A stretch of DNA of 62,746 bases, the filler included, from Chiloscyllium plagiosum (taxonomy: Eukaryota): NCBI RefSeq assembly GCF_004010195.1. It is 4 parts of one record of this genome, joined end to end, with 100 filler letters (N's around TTAATTAATTAA, not from the genome) between each part and the next. Parts side by side here need not be neighbours in the genome. Positions count along the whole stretch, not along the records: positions 1 to 26,612 come from NC_057717.1; 3 more parts are not named here. The stretch is one strand, 5' to 3'. Below the pieces are notes generated by a model that was not told where the DNA came from, did no database searches, and saw nothing but the letters and a program-made list of their open reading frames with translations. This document shows positions 1 through 12,994 of the stretch, piece after piece. The position numbers and the translations under genes are program-made. The number at the start of each line of letters is the position of its first letter. Within the stretch, counting starts at the first letter, position 1.

Positions 1-550
1 GAGAACCAAAAGACAGGCTAATATTTAATGGAGATGACTTCCAGAAAAGGAGCAGTACAAAGAGATTGGAGTCTTCCTGTGTATGAAACATAAAGTCAGC
101 ATGCTGATGCAGCAAGTAATTAGGTTGGTTCAAAAGACGGGTTCCTAGTATGAAAGGTTTGTGTTTTTGAGAATCTCTAAAATGGTGAGGCGATTATTCA
201 TTGGGGTTTAAATGAATGAGGAGTGGTACTGCTGAAAAATACAAGACACAGAGGGGTTGATGCGGTAGATGTTGAGAAGTTGTTACCATTCCTGGGTGGA
301 GTCTCGAACTCGATGACATAGATACAGAATATGAAACATCGATTTCAGTCTGAGTTGCAAAGTGATGTCTTCTCTCAGAAGGTAGTGAATGTCGGGAATT
401 CCCTAACCCGGAGAGGTGTGGAGGGATACAAAGAATTGGCAAGAAAGTGGAGTTAGACCTGGAGTAGATCAGCCATGTTTGTATTCAATGACAGGGCAAG
501 CTTGAGGGGCCGAATAGCCTACTCTTGTTCTTATTTATTAATTTCACATG
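1..550 (+). mobile_element. Decayed CR1/HER1-type LINE 3' end
   Basis: Typical CR1 3' region ending in a 'gcttgaggggccgaatagcctactcttgttc' tail; paralog at ~28560-29482 on the minus strand. Confidence 0.7.
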
Positions 551-1324
551 TTATGCTTTTGGAAAGTAACTGGTTATTTTCCCGGAAGTTGTGTTGTGTA
601 ATACTACATTCGGATGAGCAGAGAATTTGTTTGAGTTAACCCTGGATGGGGTATGGGGGCTGTATTCACAGTGAACCTGGGTCTGGGACATGACTTACAT
701 CTGGAGCAGAAGTTACAGAGAGGGGAAGCCTGGAAACAGGGATTGGGGGTGAGTGTCACTTCCTGGCCCAGCCTGGATTTTCCAAGTACATTTCCAAAAC
801 TAACCATCGGAGTGGCCTCGATCTGTCCCAGTATAGCAAGTCTGAAGGGCTGATTGGAACATCAGAACATAGGACAGAGGGACACGAGGGGCCATTCGAC
901 CCTTTGACATTACTTCACCAGTAAAGTATGTCATGGCTCATCTCATTGTGGTCCCAGCTGCACTTTTCTCTCCATACAGCATTATCCCTGATTCACCTGC
1001 CTATCAGCCGAAGCCAGCCTCGATATAATACAAAGATTCAGCCATCCCAAACTTCTGGGAAAGAGGATTCCCACTGAATGAATTCCCACTTTGTGATTTT
1101 TTTCTCAATCCAGTTGTGACCGAGGATGAAGGGTGTCACCATTTCCATTTCTAGTCCCACTCCTCCACTGCTCGCAACAAATTTTAAATATAACCAGGTT
1201 GGTGATATGGCCGGTGATAAAGGTCTCAGACTGGGTTAGGTTCAGTGATAAGAACAAGTCAGGCAGATTTCTTTAGTCAGCCACAAGTTACTAACAGAAC
1301 TAACTGAGGAGTATAGTGGATCTG

Positions 1325-1650
1325 TGGGTGGGACTGCTTCCTCACATCACCAAGGAGCTGGGTTCAATGCCAATCTCGGGCGACCCTCTATGTGGAGTTT
1401 GAACATTTTCCCCGTGCCTGTGTGGGTTTCCTCTCAGTGCTCCAATTTCCTACCACAGTCCAAATATGTGCAGTCTAAAGTGGATTGCCCGTAGTGCCCT
1501 GGGCTGCGCAGGTTAGGTGGGTTAGTTATGGGAAATGCAGGTTTACATGGATAAGGTAGGGGGCACGTCCAGGTGGGATGCGGTTTGGTGGATCAGTGCA
1601 GACTTAATGGACGGAATTTTCTGCCTCCACACTGCAGAGGTTCTATGACA
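1325..1650 (+). mobile_element. Decayed HE1/V-type SINE (paralog 27640-27965, minus strand)
   Basis: V-SINE core 'tgtggagtttgaacattttccccgtgcctgtgtgggtttcctc' and LINE-like tail 'ctccacactgcagagg'. Confidence 0.75.
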
Positions 1651-2292
1651 ATGACAACAAATTTGGACTATACACCCAACGTGTATATACCTAATCCACT
1701 TTCCTCAATGTCTTGTATGTTTCATTCTCATTCCAAGAGTAACCTGTTAAAACCTTGATAATATAAGCCCTTCACCCCAGGAATACGTGAAATGAAACAT
1801 CTATGAACTGCTTTCAATGTAATTATATCCTTTCTCAGATAAGGAGACACAAAAAAACTAATCTCACACTCAGATCATAATGTTTATAATTGTTTTCTCA
1901 AAGTGCTGAGAGTCTTTGGAACTCTCTTCCCCACAGAGCATTGGATGCAGAAATATTGAATATTGCTGAGGCACCGACAGAAGGTTCATGCATAACAACA
2001 GAATCAAGGATTATCGAGGAATGGGCAGCAATTTGCAGCGTAGGGAAAATGTAGACAGTGGTATCAAAGTACACGGGTCCAGTATATCCAGGAATATAAT
2101 GCAAAATGAAATGATAATATCGATAAAATGTTAAGGGGAATACAAGATGGCACCGATCCAGAAGGTCTGCTTTGCTGGGCTCTGCATCACAGCACGGGCA
2201 AAGTGGTTCTCTAACCCACCCCATCCCAGTCATTTACTTAAAATTCAACACTAAAAGAGGAACAGAATCTTTACTAATCCCGTTTTGTCAAA

Positions 2293-3304
2293 TGGAAATG
2301 ACAAAACATGGGAAAGAATCGAGTAAGTCCCAACACACGGTGCACCCGTCAGAAGCATCGAGCATGCCTGAGGCTGTAGCTGCAACCCACTCTGCTCGTT
2401 CCGTGGACCCAGTTACTCACCAGGCCTTGGTCACTGAGTTCACCAAGTTACGTGAAATGATTGAAGCCATGATTGTATAAGGGTTCAGCAGTGGTTCGAG
2501 ACGCTCTCAACCATGCTCCAAAAACATGAGCAGCAGGTAAGGTGAATCGGCCATGCTAAATTGCCCGTAGTGTTAGGGATAAATGTAGGGGAATGGGTCT
2601 GGGGTGGGTTGCGCTTTGGCGGGTCGGTGTGGACTTGTTGGGCCGAAGGACCTGTTTCCATACTGTAATTAATCTAAAAAAAAGCTTGACAGCCTTGGAA
2701 ACAGAATAGACGAGGTCAAGGGCCAAACTGCAGCGACAGAGACCGCGATCAATTCCTCCCAGGAGAGGATTCTTGCCTTTGAAAACCAGGTTCATATCTT
2801 AACTGAACATGACGACGACCTCGAGAACAGAGGAGGATGAAGAATGTTTACATCGTCGGTTTGCTGGACCGGATGGAAAGTGGTCAACCAAATAGTTTAT
2901 TGAGAACTGGCTGCTGTGATTCCTTCACTACAAAACAGAAAAGGGACAGGTTAGAAGGGACAGGGACGGGTTATGGTGCGCAGGTCAGATTCAGACCAGC
3001 GCCTTCGCCCTGTCCTTGTGCGGTTACATAGTTATGGGGATAAACAAAGACTGATGGAATTTCCGGAACACAGGGGACAGATCCGATTGCTTTTATTCAC
3101 GAGGGCTCCAGTATTATGTTCTTTCAGGACTATTCAACGATGTTGATTCAGGAAAGAAAATCTTTTGATTGCATCAAGAGAAGAGTAAGGGAACTCGGGA
3201 TTCAGTATTCCTTACAGTACCCAGCAGTGCTCCGTATTGCTTTCAATGGATCAATACACTCTTCTGACTCTCCAGAGAAAGTGAAAACTTTGTGGACATT
3301 TTAA
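2293..3304 (+). pseudogene. L1 ORF1 (Transposase_22-type RNA-binding protein), frameshifted and SINE-interrupted
   Basis: ORF fragments 2172..2480, 2837..3031 and 3116..3304 give the coiled coil, DLENR...KNVYIVGL and the C-terminal domain; a truncated SINE tail sits at ~2535-2675. Confidence 0.8.
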
Positions 3305-5885
3305 AGTAAGATGGATGTTTAGATAATCATGTTTCTCTCAAAGAAATTTTCTTGGAATTTTCTGTGTTAAATTGTAGTTGGGGATGGGTAGAGTATTCAC
3401 TTTTAACTTTTTCATTAGTATTACTATTCTTTTTTTCTTTCCTTGCTTGTGTCTGGGTTGCGGCACAAGCTGGAGCGGGTTACAAAGGTAGTTGTGATGA
3501 TTAAATACCGACCAAAGGGCAGTTGGAGCCCGATTTATGTTGTTAATTGCCCTGGATGTCATATTGGTAGCAGGCAGAAGATAAAGTTTTGTGATATGGA
3601 ACCGTCCCCACTGGGCGGGCGTGGGGTAAATTCCCTATCGAATGTCATTGGCACTTTGGATTTTGTTTCGTTTTTTGTTTTTTTATGAGTTTAGTTTTGG
3701 AAAGTTTTGAGAGCTTGTTAATTGTAGTAGTCTTAGTTCGTGTTGTTTTTAAGCTCTATGAGTCTTTTTTCATTCATGATCAGTGATGTGTAATTCGAGT
3801 TCTTCCTCTCTAGAGCTCAAATGTTGCTACAGTGTGTGATGGATAATGATGTGCTTAAATGGTGTACCTGGAACAATAAGGGGAGCCATCGGCCAGTCAA
3901 GAAGAAAAATGTACTTTCTAGCCTTAGAAAGGAGAGGGTGGATGTTGTCCTATTGCAGGAGGTGCACCTTGATGACAAGGAACATTTGACATTACAGCAG
4001 GGTGGGTTTGGTCGGGTTTATTTCTCGTATTTTAATAGTAGGAGTAGGGGAGAGCCATACTGGATAGGAAGAATCTTCCAGTTAAATTACTAGATTATAT
4101 TTGACAATCACAGGAGGATCATAATCCCGAAATCCTTGAACTATGGGAAAGAATACAGTATTTGGAAGGTTTATTGCCTCCCGGCACACCCTCTTAAAAC
4201 CGTGGTAGATGCATTTTCCAAATTAAGTTATCTTGCCTCGTGCCACATTATTATAGGAGATTTCAACTGCCTTACCGTACCCCACAGTGGACAGAATGTC
4301 CAAAGGTCCCCCAATACCCTCGTTATAATGTAAGCAATTAGTGGATTTGTGTGCAGAACTCGAGCTGGTGGATGTCTGGAGGCAGATCTACCTCACAAGT
4401 AGGGATTTTATTTTCTTCTTTAACCTGCAGAAATGCCGCACGAGGGTTGATATCATCCCCATCCCTGCAGCAATCTTAGATTCGGCGGCATCCTGCACAA
4501 TTGGGAATATTACCATTTCTGACTATGAAGCAGTATACTTATTGATTAAGATTAAGGGCAATATAACTGATTCGAGACACTGGCGAATGTATCCCTTTAT
4601 TGTTAAGGCTAGTTAGTTCATTGAGTATTTCTGCAATGTATTCAGATCTTTCTTAGCCATTAATTCAGATTTAACCAGTAAGCCATCCATTCTATGAGAA
4701 ATTGCTATTCCTTAGGGTGCAGCAGAAGGGGGAGCAGGAACGCTGGCTTGAGGCACAGCTGAGGGCAGCCGAGAGGGCAGACTGTGATAGACCCTCAGTG
4801 GCTAAGCTGCAGAGGATCACAACACTTCGGTCTACAGGGAATTCCTCGCTCGCACAGCCGGACAAGAAGGAACTTACTTTTGCAAAACAAAGGCTGTTTG
4901 AACATGGTGATAAGCCAGGCAAGTATTTAGCCTATCTTGCCAGGAAAACGAGCGCCCCTCTCAAGCCATTACCTAACTTCGGGAAGGTACTGGGATCCTT
5001 ACCTTTGATTCCAAAACGATTAATGCCTCCTGTCCGAGATTTTTCTCTGAATTATTTCAGACTGAACAGTTTGAGGATAGATGTTTTAAGGTGGAGTCAT
5101 TTTTCAAGAACCTGGGTCTTCCAGGAGTAACCCCCGAATAGGTGCTGTGCCTTAATGCACCATTGTCAGCACAGGAGAGTGTGAAGCAGCTTCAGAATGT
5201 AAAGGTGCACGTTCCTGACGGATTTCTGAGTGAATTTTATAAATAATTTATAAACCTATTGTCAGGGCTGATGTTTAACGTGTTCTGTCACTCATACAGT
5301 CACAAACCCCTCCCTCCATCCTTAAGAGAGGCTCATATCTCTCTGATGATGAAGAAAGGAAGACCCTGAAGGATTGTGGTCCTTACACACCAATCTCACT
5401 TTTAAATGTTGGTTTCAAAATCCTGTCTGAGATTCGTGCATTTAGGCTGGAAACTTTGCTGCCTTCCGTTACCAAAGAGGACCAAATAGGCTTTACAAAG
5501 GGCCACAGATCTTCCTACAATGTTAAGAGGTTACTCAATATGATCCAAGAGTGTCAATAACAATCTGTCCAGGGATTATTGATCTCTTTAGATGAGAGAA
5601 GGCATGTTATTGGGTTGAGTGGCCGGATCTCTTCTGTACGTTAGAACGGTTTGGTCTACGCAAAGTTTTTATCAAGTTGGTGAGGGTCCTTTACGGTGAT
5701 CATGTGGCTGCGGTTCTCACTAATGGTGTGCCAATCAGTAATATTAATATTTCTCCAGACAGCCGACAAGGCTGACACCTTTCACCATTGTTGTTTACGT
5801 TGGTGATTGAGCCACAGACGGAGACCATCCGTAAGGGCGTCAACATATCTGCCCCAGAAGTAGGACAGAAGTCATGTAAGATTAC

Positions 5886-6584
5886 TGTGGGGATATAGGT
5901 AAAGTAGTGTGATTTCTGCAATTATAATTACTTATGCAAGGTAAATGAACTCACACCAGTGTGTAATTGTTTCAACTAGAATGCAAACTATGTGGAGGAA
6001 ATACATAATTGTTTTTGTATTAGCTAAAATTGTATGCAAGAGTGAAACGTGACTGCAAAACAATGATAGATGTTACAGACAAATAGATAAGGTGCTGTGA
6101 GGATGTAGGTTAAGCCAGATATGCTTGCACAAGCAGTAGTTATATGCATCTGTTTCCCGCTTTTACAGAAACACAGGAACAAGCCCCATTAAAAGGTCAT
6201 AAGGATCAGTATGGTTGGGGAAAGCACAGATGGAGGGAGTAGATAATGGTGAAGAAATGATATACCTAAGAATGGGCCACAGCGGGATGTGGTCAAACGG
6301 CCTTGTGAGGCCAGAAAAAAGCATTTTGTCACAGATAAGGCTGGATAAGGCAAGAGATAAATAGGAGTAATAGGTGCCGGTCTTAGAGAAGTGGAAGATG
6401 TAAACGGGGAGGAGCAATGGGATAAAAAAGGAATATCGTGTATTCGTTGAATTCAGTGTGTGTGTGTCCCTGCCTTGTAGACAGTGGACATCGCACCCTC
6501 TTTCAAGGGTAAATAAATGACACTACTGATTCAGATCTTGTCTCGGACTGAAATTATTGAAGTGAGTGAGCTTTGTTTCTCACA
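5886..6584 (+). mobile_element. Solo LTR (699 bp, TG...CA) with 5-bp TSD ATTAC
   Basis: attac|tgtgggg ... ctcaca|attac. The paralogous L1 in the right arm (~22160-22175) has a single ATTAC and no insert. AATAAA at ~6512. Confidence 0.9.
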
Positions 6585-6959
6585 ATTACATTGTATGCAG
6601 ATGATTGTCTTTTTTTTTGTCAAATACCGAAACTTCCGTAGTTCATGTGATGCAATGCATTAATTCACTTGTTACCTTTCTGGGTGAGAAGATTAATTTT
6701 ACAAAGTTGGAGGCCATGCCTATGGAGGTTCTTAGGGAAATACGTGATACTGAGGGCAAATCTTGATTTCCTTTTAAATAGTCGCTGGAGTGGTTTCCCT
6801 ATTTCAGTATATTCATTACATCTGTCTTTGATCATTTTTTTTTAACGTGAACTATGTCCATTTGTTTGACAAAATTAAACAAGACCTTCAAAGATGGGAG
6901 ACATTTCCAATATCCTGGCTAGGTCGNNNNNNNNNNNNNNNNNNNNNNNNNNNNNNNNN

Positions 6960-7090
6960 GCCATGCTAAATTGCCCGTAGTGTTAGGTAAGGGGTAAATG
7001 TAGGGGTATGGGTGGGTTTCGCTTCGGCGGGTCGGTGTGGACTTGTTGGGCCGAAGGGCCTGTTTCTACACTGTAATGTAATCTAATCTA
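6960..7090 (+). mobile_element. HE1-type SINE 3' part (left arm only)
   Basis: 'ccatgctaaattgcccgtagtgttagg...ggacttgttgggccgaagggcctgtttctacactgt' plus (aatct)n tail; 5' part lies in the gap. Confidence 0.85.
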
Positions 7091-7479
7091 ACAAAATTGC
7101 AACTGCTCCACAGATTGTGGGTAGTTAATCTCCCCAATGAAAAGCTATCAATTAAGCTCTTTTATCATTCCATGTTAGTGCCTGGGCCGCTGAGGACTCG
7201 GTGTCAATACAGCGAGACATTGAGCCCTCTCATAAAAAGTGAACCCTTATTAGTCTGTTGTTCTTAGATAAAATGACATTGATGGAGTTTTGTTAAAAAC
7301 TAATGATTATTAATACTGTTAAAACTTTAAGGACAATGCGTCAGATCGAGGGCAATACAGCCAAAACAACATTTCTTACCCCTATAATTGGTATGCCGGG
7401 TTGTCGACCGGGGATAATGGATTCCAGGTTTAAACTGTGGGCAGCAAGTGGGGTACCTTGCTTGGGTGATTTAGAATTG

Positions 7480-7800
7480 GTAGAATCCGTACAGTGTGGA
7501 TACAAGCCCTTGGGCCCAGCATATCCACTTCGATACTCTGAAGACTAACCCACCCAGACCCATTCCCCTACCATCCTATATTTATCCTGACTGATGTCTG
7601 AACTTACAGATCCTGGAACACTATGAGCGATTTAGCAATTGCCGATTCATCTAACCTGCACATCTTTGTGACTGTGGGAGGAAACCTACGCAGACACAGT
7701 TGAGAACATACTAACTCCACACAGCCAGTCACCCAAGACTGGATCCAAACCCGTGAACCTGGTGCGGTGAGTCAGCAGTGCAAATCATGAGCCACCACGT
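7480..7800 (-). mobile_element. HE1/V-type SINE inside L1 (paralog 20975-21295, plus strand)
   Basis: Reverse-complement tRNA-like head, V core and LINE tail; present in both arms. Confidence 0.8.
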
Positions 7801-8930
7801 GTTACATGAGGGAGAAACAATGATATCATTTGATCAAATAACTCGTAAGTATGGACTACCTGGTAGAGACTTCTTCTGCTTTTTTTTTTCCAGATTAGAG
7901 ATTTGATTTTAAAAACACACACTTTTAACAGACTCTTCCAGATCCGATACAGAGAAGTGGGTGCATATTGCTCAGGATGCACTCTTTGTTAGTACCCTTT
8001 ATCATTTGTTGAAGTGTGTCCCCTCAGACAAGACTGTGCAGCTTCGTGATGTCTGTGCTAAAGAGTTGGGGGGTATAGATCTCTTTGGAGACATGGGAGG
8101 ATGTTTGTGAAAATTCTCGAAGGATTTTGATCTGTAATAGGACTCATTCCACGCAGTTGAAAATTCTTCTGACACCAGATGTTCTCACAAAATTCAGTGT
8201 GGGATCATCTTCAGCATCTCCTAAATGCAGAATGACTACAGGCACTCTTACTCATTGCATGTGGTCCTGCTGCAGGCTTTGTATATGTTGGATCACTGTG
8301 TTAGGTGTGGTAGAGTGGGTCTTGGGGACCGAATTGGACATGGACACGGTTTCTCTTTTCCTGGGCCTGCCCAGAGTATCTTACGCAGACGCACATGGGA
8401 AAAAAAAATATATCCTTACTTTTATGCTAGGAAAAACATATTCTGTTGTGTTGGATGTCTGAACTCCGAGGGCCTGTTGGGTCTTTGTAAGCTCATCATG
8501 GAGAGCTCACCAGTATAGTGCACCAAAAACAGAGATAAATACATGTAATAGAGTCATAGAGATGTACAGCATGGAAACAGACCCTTCAATCCAACCCATC
8601 CATGCTGACCACATATCCNNNNNNNNNNNNNNNNNNNNNNNNNNNNNNNNNNNNNNNNNNNNNNNNNNNNNNNNNNNNNNNGAGTGGGTCTTGGGGACCG
8701 AATTGGAGGTGGACACGGTTTCTCTTTTCCTGCGCCTGCCCAGATTATCTTACGCAGATGCACATGGGAAAAAAAAATTACATCCTTACTTTCTGTGCTA
8801 GGAAAAAATATTCTGTTGTGTTGGATGTCTGATACTCCGAGGGCCTGTTGGGTCTTTGTAAGCTCATCATGGAGAATATCCATTTGGACCTTCTCACCAG
8901 TATGGTGAACCAAAAACAGAGATTAATACA

Positions 8931-10620
8931 AGTAATAGAGTCATAGAGATGTACAGCATGGAAACACACCCTTCGATCTAACTCATCCATGCTGACCACA
9001 TATCCCAAACCAATCTAGTCCCACCTTCCAGCACCCGGCCAATAACACTCCAAACCCTTCCTCTTCATATACTCATCCAAATGCCTCTTAAGTGTTCTAC
9101 GTGTACCAGCCTCCACCACTTCACCTGGCAGCTCATTCCATACATGTACCATCCTCTGTGTGAAATAGTTGCCCCGTAGGTATCTTTTGTATCTTTCCCT
9201 CTCACCCTAGAACTATGCCCTCCACTTCTGGACTCCCTGAGCCCAGGGAAAAGACTTTACCTATTTACCCTATCCATGGCCCTTATAATTTTGAAAACCT
9301 CTATAATGTCACCCCTCAGCATCAGCTGCTCCAGCGAAAACTGCCCCAACCTATTCAGCCTCGCCCTGTAGCTCAAATCCTCCAACTCTGGCAACATCCT
9401 TGTAAATCTTTTCTGAACCCTTTCAAGTTTCACAACATCTTTCCGATTGGAAGGAGAGCAGAATTGCACGGAATATTCCAACAGTGGCCTAACCAATGTC
9501 CTGTACAGCTGCAACATGATATTTCAACTCCTGCACTCAATACTCTGACCAATAAAGGAAAGAATCCCAAACGCCTTCTTCACTATCCTGTGACTCCACT
9601 TTCAAGGAGCTATGAACCTGCACTCCAAGGTCTCTTTGTTCAGCACCACCCCCTGGGACCTTACCATTAATTGTAGAAGTCCTGCTAAGACTTGCTTTCC
9701 CAAAATGCAGCACCTCGCATTTATCTGAATTAAACTCCACCTGCCACTTCTCAGCCCATTGGCCCATCTGGTCAAGATCCTGTTGCACTCTGAGGTGACC
9801 CGCTTCACTGTCCATTGTACCTCCAATTTTGATGTCATCTGCAAACTTACTAACTGTACCTCTTATGCTCGCATCCAAATCATTTATGTCAATGACAAAA
9901 AGTAGTGAATCCAGCACCGATCCTTGTGGCACTCCACTGGTCACAGGCCTCCAGTCTGAAAAACAACCCTCCACCACCACCCTCTGTCTTCTACCTTTGA
10001 GCCAGTTCTGTATCCAAATGGCTAGTTCTCCCTGTTTTACATGAGATCTAACCTTGATAATCAGTCTCCCATGGGCAACCTTATCCAAACCTTTACTGAA
10101 GCCCATATAGATCACATCTACCCCTCTGCCCTCATCAATCGTCTTTGTTACTTCCTCAAAAAACTCAATCAAGTTTTTGAGACATGTTTTCCCACGCACA
10201 AAGCCATGTTGACTATCCCTAATCAGTCCTTGCCTTTCCAAATGCATGCACATCCTGTCCCTCAGGTTTCCCTCCAACAACTTGCCCACCACCAACGTCA
10301 GGCTCATTGGTCTATAGTTCCCTGGCTTGTCCTTACCACCCTTCTTAAAAGTGGCACCACGTTAGCCGACTGGACCTTCAGTCTTCCACCACCTTACCAG
10401 TGACTATCCATATTACAAATATCTCAGCAAGAGGCCCAGCAATGACTTCTCTAGCTTCCCACAGAGTTCAAAGGTACACCTGATCGGGTCCTGGGGTTTT
10501 ATTCACTTTTTCCTTTTTTACTATGGACATTTTGCAAGGTGTCACCATCTCTTTCCCTACGTGTTATATCTTCCATATCCTTTTCCCCAGTAAATATTAA
10601 TGCAAAATACTCGTTTAATA
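8931..10620 (-). mobile_element. 5'-truncated CR1/HER1 LINE (RT pseudogene)
   Basis: ORF 9537..10307 (SQHGF, VTSGVPQGSVL, KFADD), ORF 9257..9517, and (ctatgact) tail. Confidence 0.95.
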
Positions 10621-12224
10621 TCTCCCCTATACTTCCTATGCCAGGAAAAATGTTCTGTTGTGTTGGATGTCTGAAACCATCCCCCCCTCCCCCCGGGTCT
10701 TTTGGGTCGTCGTAAGCTCTTCATGGAGACTATCCCTTTGGACTTTCTCACAAGTATGGTGCATCAAAAAGCAGATTTATATAAGATATGGCAGCCCTCT
10801 TTGGATTACCGCGATGCAGGCTTACCTGCCAATCTAAAAAGGGCTTTTATATAGCCATGTCGATATTGTCTAATGAATCTAATCTGAAGAATTGTGAACA
10901 TAAGAATGTGTATCAATTAATGCACTCGAAGAACAAGAGCTATCGTTTTGTTATTCTGAGCCGTATTATTTATTTACTATTTATTGTTTGTTTTTGTTTT
11001 TCTTCTGTCCGTTAAGAGACTTTAACTTGTTTTGTATGCACATTCACATGGGCGTAATTTTGTTCAGTTATTTGACTTGTTTTGTTATTGGCTTAATATA
11101 ATAATAAGGATCTATTTTTCAGTTAAAACAATTGTTAAAAAAATTAAAATGGTAACATTGATAGAATAGAGTCCCAAAGAATTCTCATTAGATAGACCAC
11201 TCATGGTGGTTTACGCTGAATGTCACCACACTTCGGGTGATGGGGTGAGGTTGAGAGAGCATCCCCTTCATGGTAACCTCAGTCACTGGGGGGAATTGAA
11301 CCTGCGCTGGTGGCCTCCCTCTGCATCACAAACCAACCATCCAACCAACTGAATGGGAGACTGTGTAACTGTTGCACACAGAATCAGTCACAGACAAAGG
11401 GCAAGAGAAACTTTTATGACAAGGAAGAAGGTATATTTGAGATAACGGTGATGATAACGGCTGAGGATAAAAATGTCCTCTGCTAGAAATTGTATTTTAT
11501 AATGAGACAAGTGTTTGGAAGCTGTCTTTGGCTGAAGACAATAAGGTGAGACAAGTGAAATAACCAGAATGAATAATTGTGATTGGATATCGATAACCAT
11601 AAAATAAGTGCATGTTTTTGATTGGTCTGTGGAAAGCATGCTGACTGTTGTATGAATTTATAAAGCAGATGAAACATATTGTTAGGAGAGTCCGTCCCCA
11701 TGGGAAATGCCTTCTGAACACATGCTGGAAGAAACACAGGGTAAAAGGTGTCTGAGAATCATCTGCTCGCTGACAGGAAGCTGGGGGTTGAATGACTGAA
11801 ACTTCCTGTAACATGGAGCTGAGAAAACCAAACCATCACATCACCCCCAAACGTATTGAATGTTGGAGCATGTTTAAAGTACTGAATGGCCTCATCATGG
11901 ATTTTAACTGTGTGTGATTTGAAAAACGTATATCTCTACTCCATCCTCTTACGTGTTACACACTGGGGCACTGCCGCTTTACTGAAACTGGGAATAAGTT
12001 GGAACATTATCTGAAACATTCCATAATTGGCATTCTCCAGAATATTCTATAACTGTGTGGGGGGCATTAGAAATGGAAGAGAGAAACAGAGGGAAGGTGC
12101 TGCATGCAGTAGAGTGAGTGTTGGAGCATCAGCCTTGTTCGGGGGTCGGTGCTATAACAGATATATAGTGAGTGTGAGGGATCAGAGAGAATACGGTGAC
12201 CCTTATCATGACAGAGTGGGGAAG

Positions 12225-12420
12225 GTTATTGATGCTTGTCCTGTTTTGCTGGACATTTCTTCAGACCGCAGATACTGCACTGAGCTGGTTGGTGAGCTCA
12301 GACCAGGCTCTCTGGGTCTGGTGGTGTGATCCCTCTGGGAAGAGATTGGTTCCCCTCTGTACTAGCCCATCAACCAGGACCTCCGTGCCCCTGTAAAGAA
12401 ACCGTGGTGAAATTGCCCCT
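12225..12420 (-). pseudogene. PIF/Harbinger Myb/SANT-like DNA-binding ORF remnant
   Basis: Minus-strand translation PRFLYRGTEVLVDGLVQRGTNLFP...QRAWSELTNQLSAVSAV*RNVQQNRTSINNL fits the Harbinger Myb pattern PRF..LEVLV....R...LF...AW.EI...VSAVS..R...Q.R...N.L. Confidence 0.7.
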
Positions 12421-12994
12421 TATCTGGCATGCTCATAGCAAACTGTGCAGGGCAGCTCCAAACTGAGAATGCTTAACCGTGTGCACATTGGCGTTTTAAA
12501 GATGACCCCAGTGTCAGGGATCAAGGAATATCCAGGGGCATCCAGGCGATGATGAGTACCTCCAGTCGTGATGGTTGGGAGAATCGGTCTGGCATTGTAT
12601 GAGAGGGATACTATAGAGTGGGATGGGTAGTTAATGAGATGAGTTTGGTAAGATAGCACCAGGAAACTAGCTCGGCCTCGTGCAGACATCCCCTCTTTCA
12701 CACTCAATGAAAATGTCATTGCGACAGTTTTTTGTTAGGTTCAGCCCAGTGACGCGAAGACTCTGATGTCCTCACTCCCAGTTACAAAGCTACAGAACAA
12801 ATGCTCATCCAAAACTCTCAATCGCCTGAACTCACAGCAATATCCCTTTCACTCATAATTCTTCATAATACTGACCCGTGTTGCATGATACCATCGAAAA
12901 ATCTTCATTTCAGCATTCTGAAACCTGTGAACATATCTTTCCATGACATTTTTTCTCAGTCTCCCCAACTCTGCCTCCACTCCTAAACACACTC

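Larger units (their letters stand above)
3839..8930 (+). pseudogene. L1 ORF2 (APE endonuclease-RT), disrupted
   Basis: Fragments 3821..4093, 4136..4333, 4341..4616, 4702..5130 and 8085..8462 contain IIGDFNC, ELVDVWRQ and FEHGDKPGKYLA; many stops and frameshifts. Confidence 0.85.
2130..11146 (+). mobile_element. Full-length decayed L1-clade LINE with nested insertions
   Basis: 5' 'aagatggc' start. ORF1 remnants (IMFFQDYS...FDCIKRRVRELGIQYSLQYPAVLRIAFNG), endonuclease start (KWCTWNNKG...VVLLQEVHL), RT YADD codons at ~6594-6605, Cys-rich C-terminus (PKCRMTTGTLTHCMWSC) and A-rich tail at ~11137-11146. Decayed 21-bp TSD at 2109-2129 vs 11147-11167. Confidence 0.9.

Noticed and set aside
620..750. 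ELTLDGVWG...L..G.A spacing reminiscent of an SRCR N-terminal half
   Set aside because: All diagnostic cysteines and the second Trp are absent in both arms.
8313..9005. ~310-bp direct repeat on either side of the gap at 8619-8681
   Set aside because: It straddles a gap and may be an unmerged overlap or haplotype. The copies differ by a ~17-bp indel and several substitutions, so a real duplication cannot be excluded without reads.
11570..11750. Two ATTGG boxes plus TATAAA as a promoter
   Set aside because: Short motifs in AT-rich DNA with no convincing downstream exon.
12208..12300. Signal-peptide-like leader MTEWGRLLMLVLFCWTFLQTA with GTGAG
   Set aside because: It is the antisense of the Harbinger Myb remnant, and the ATG is not kept in the paralogous arm.
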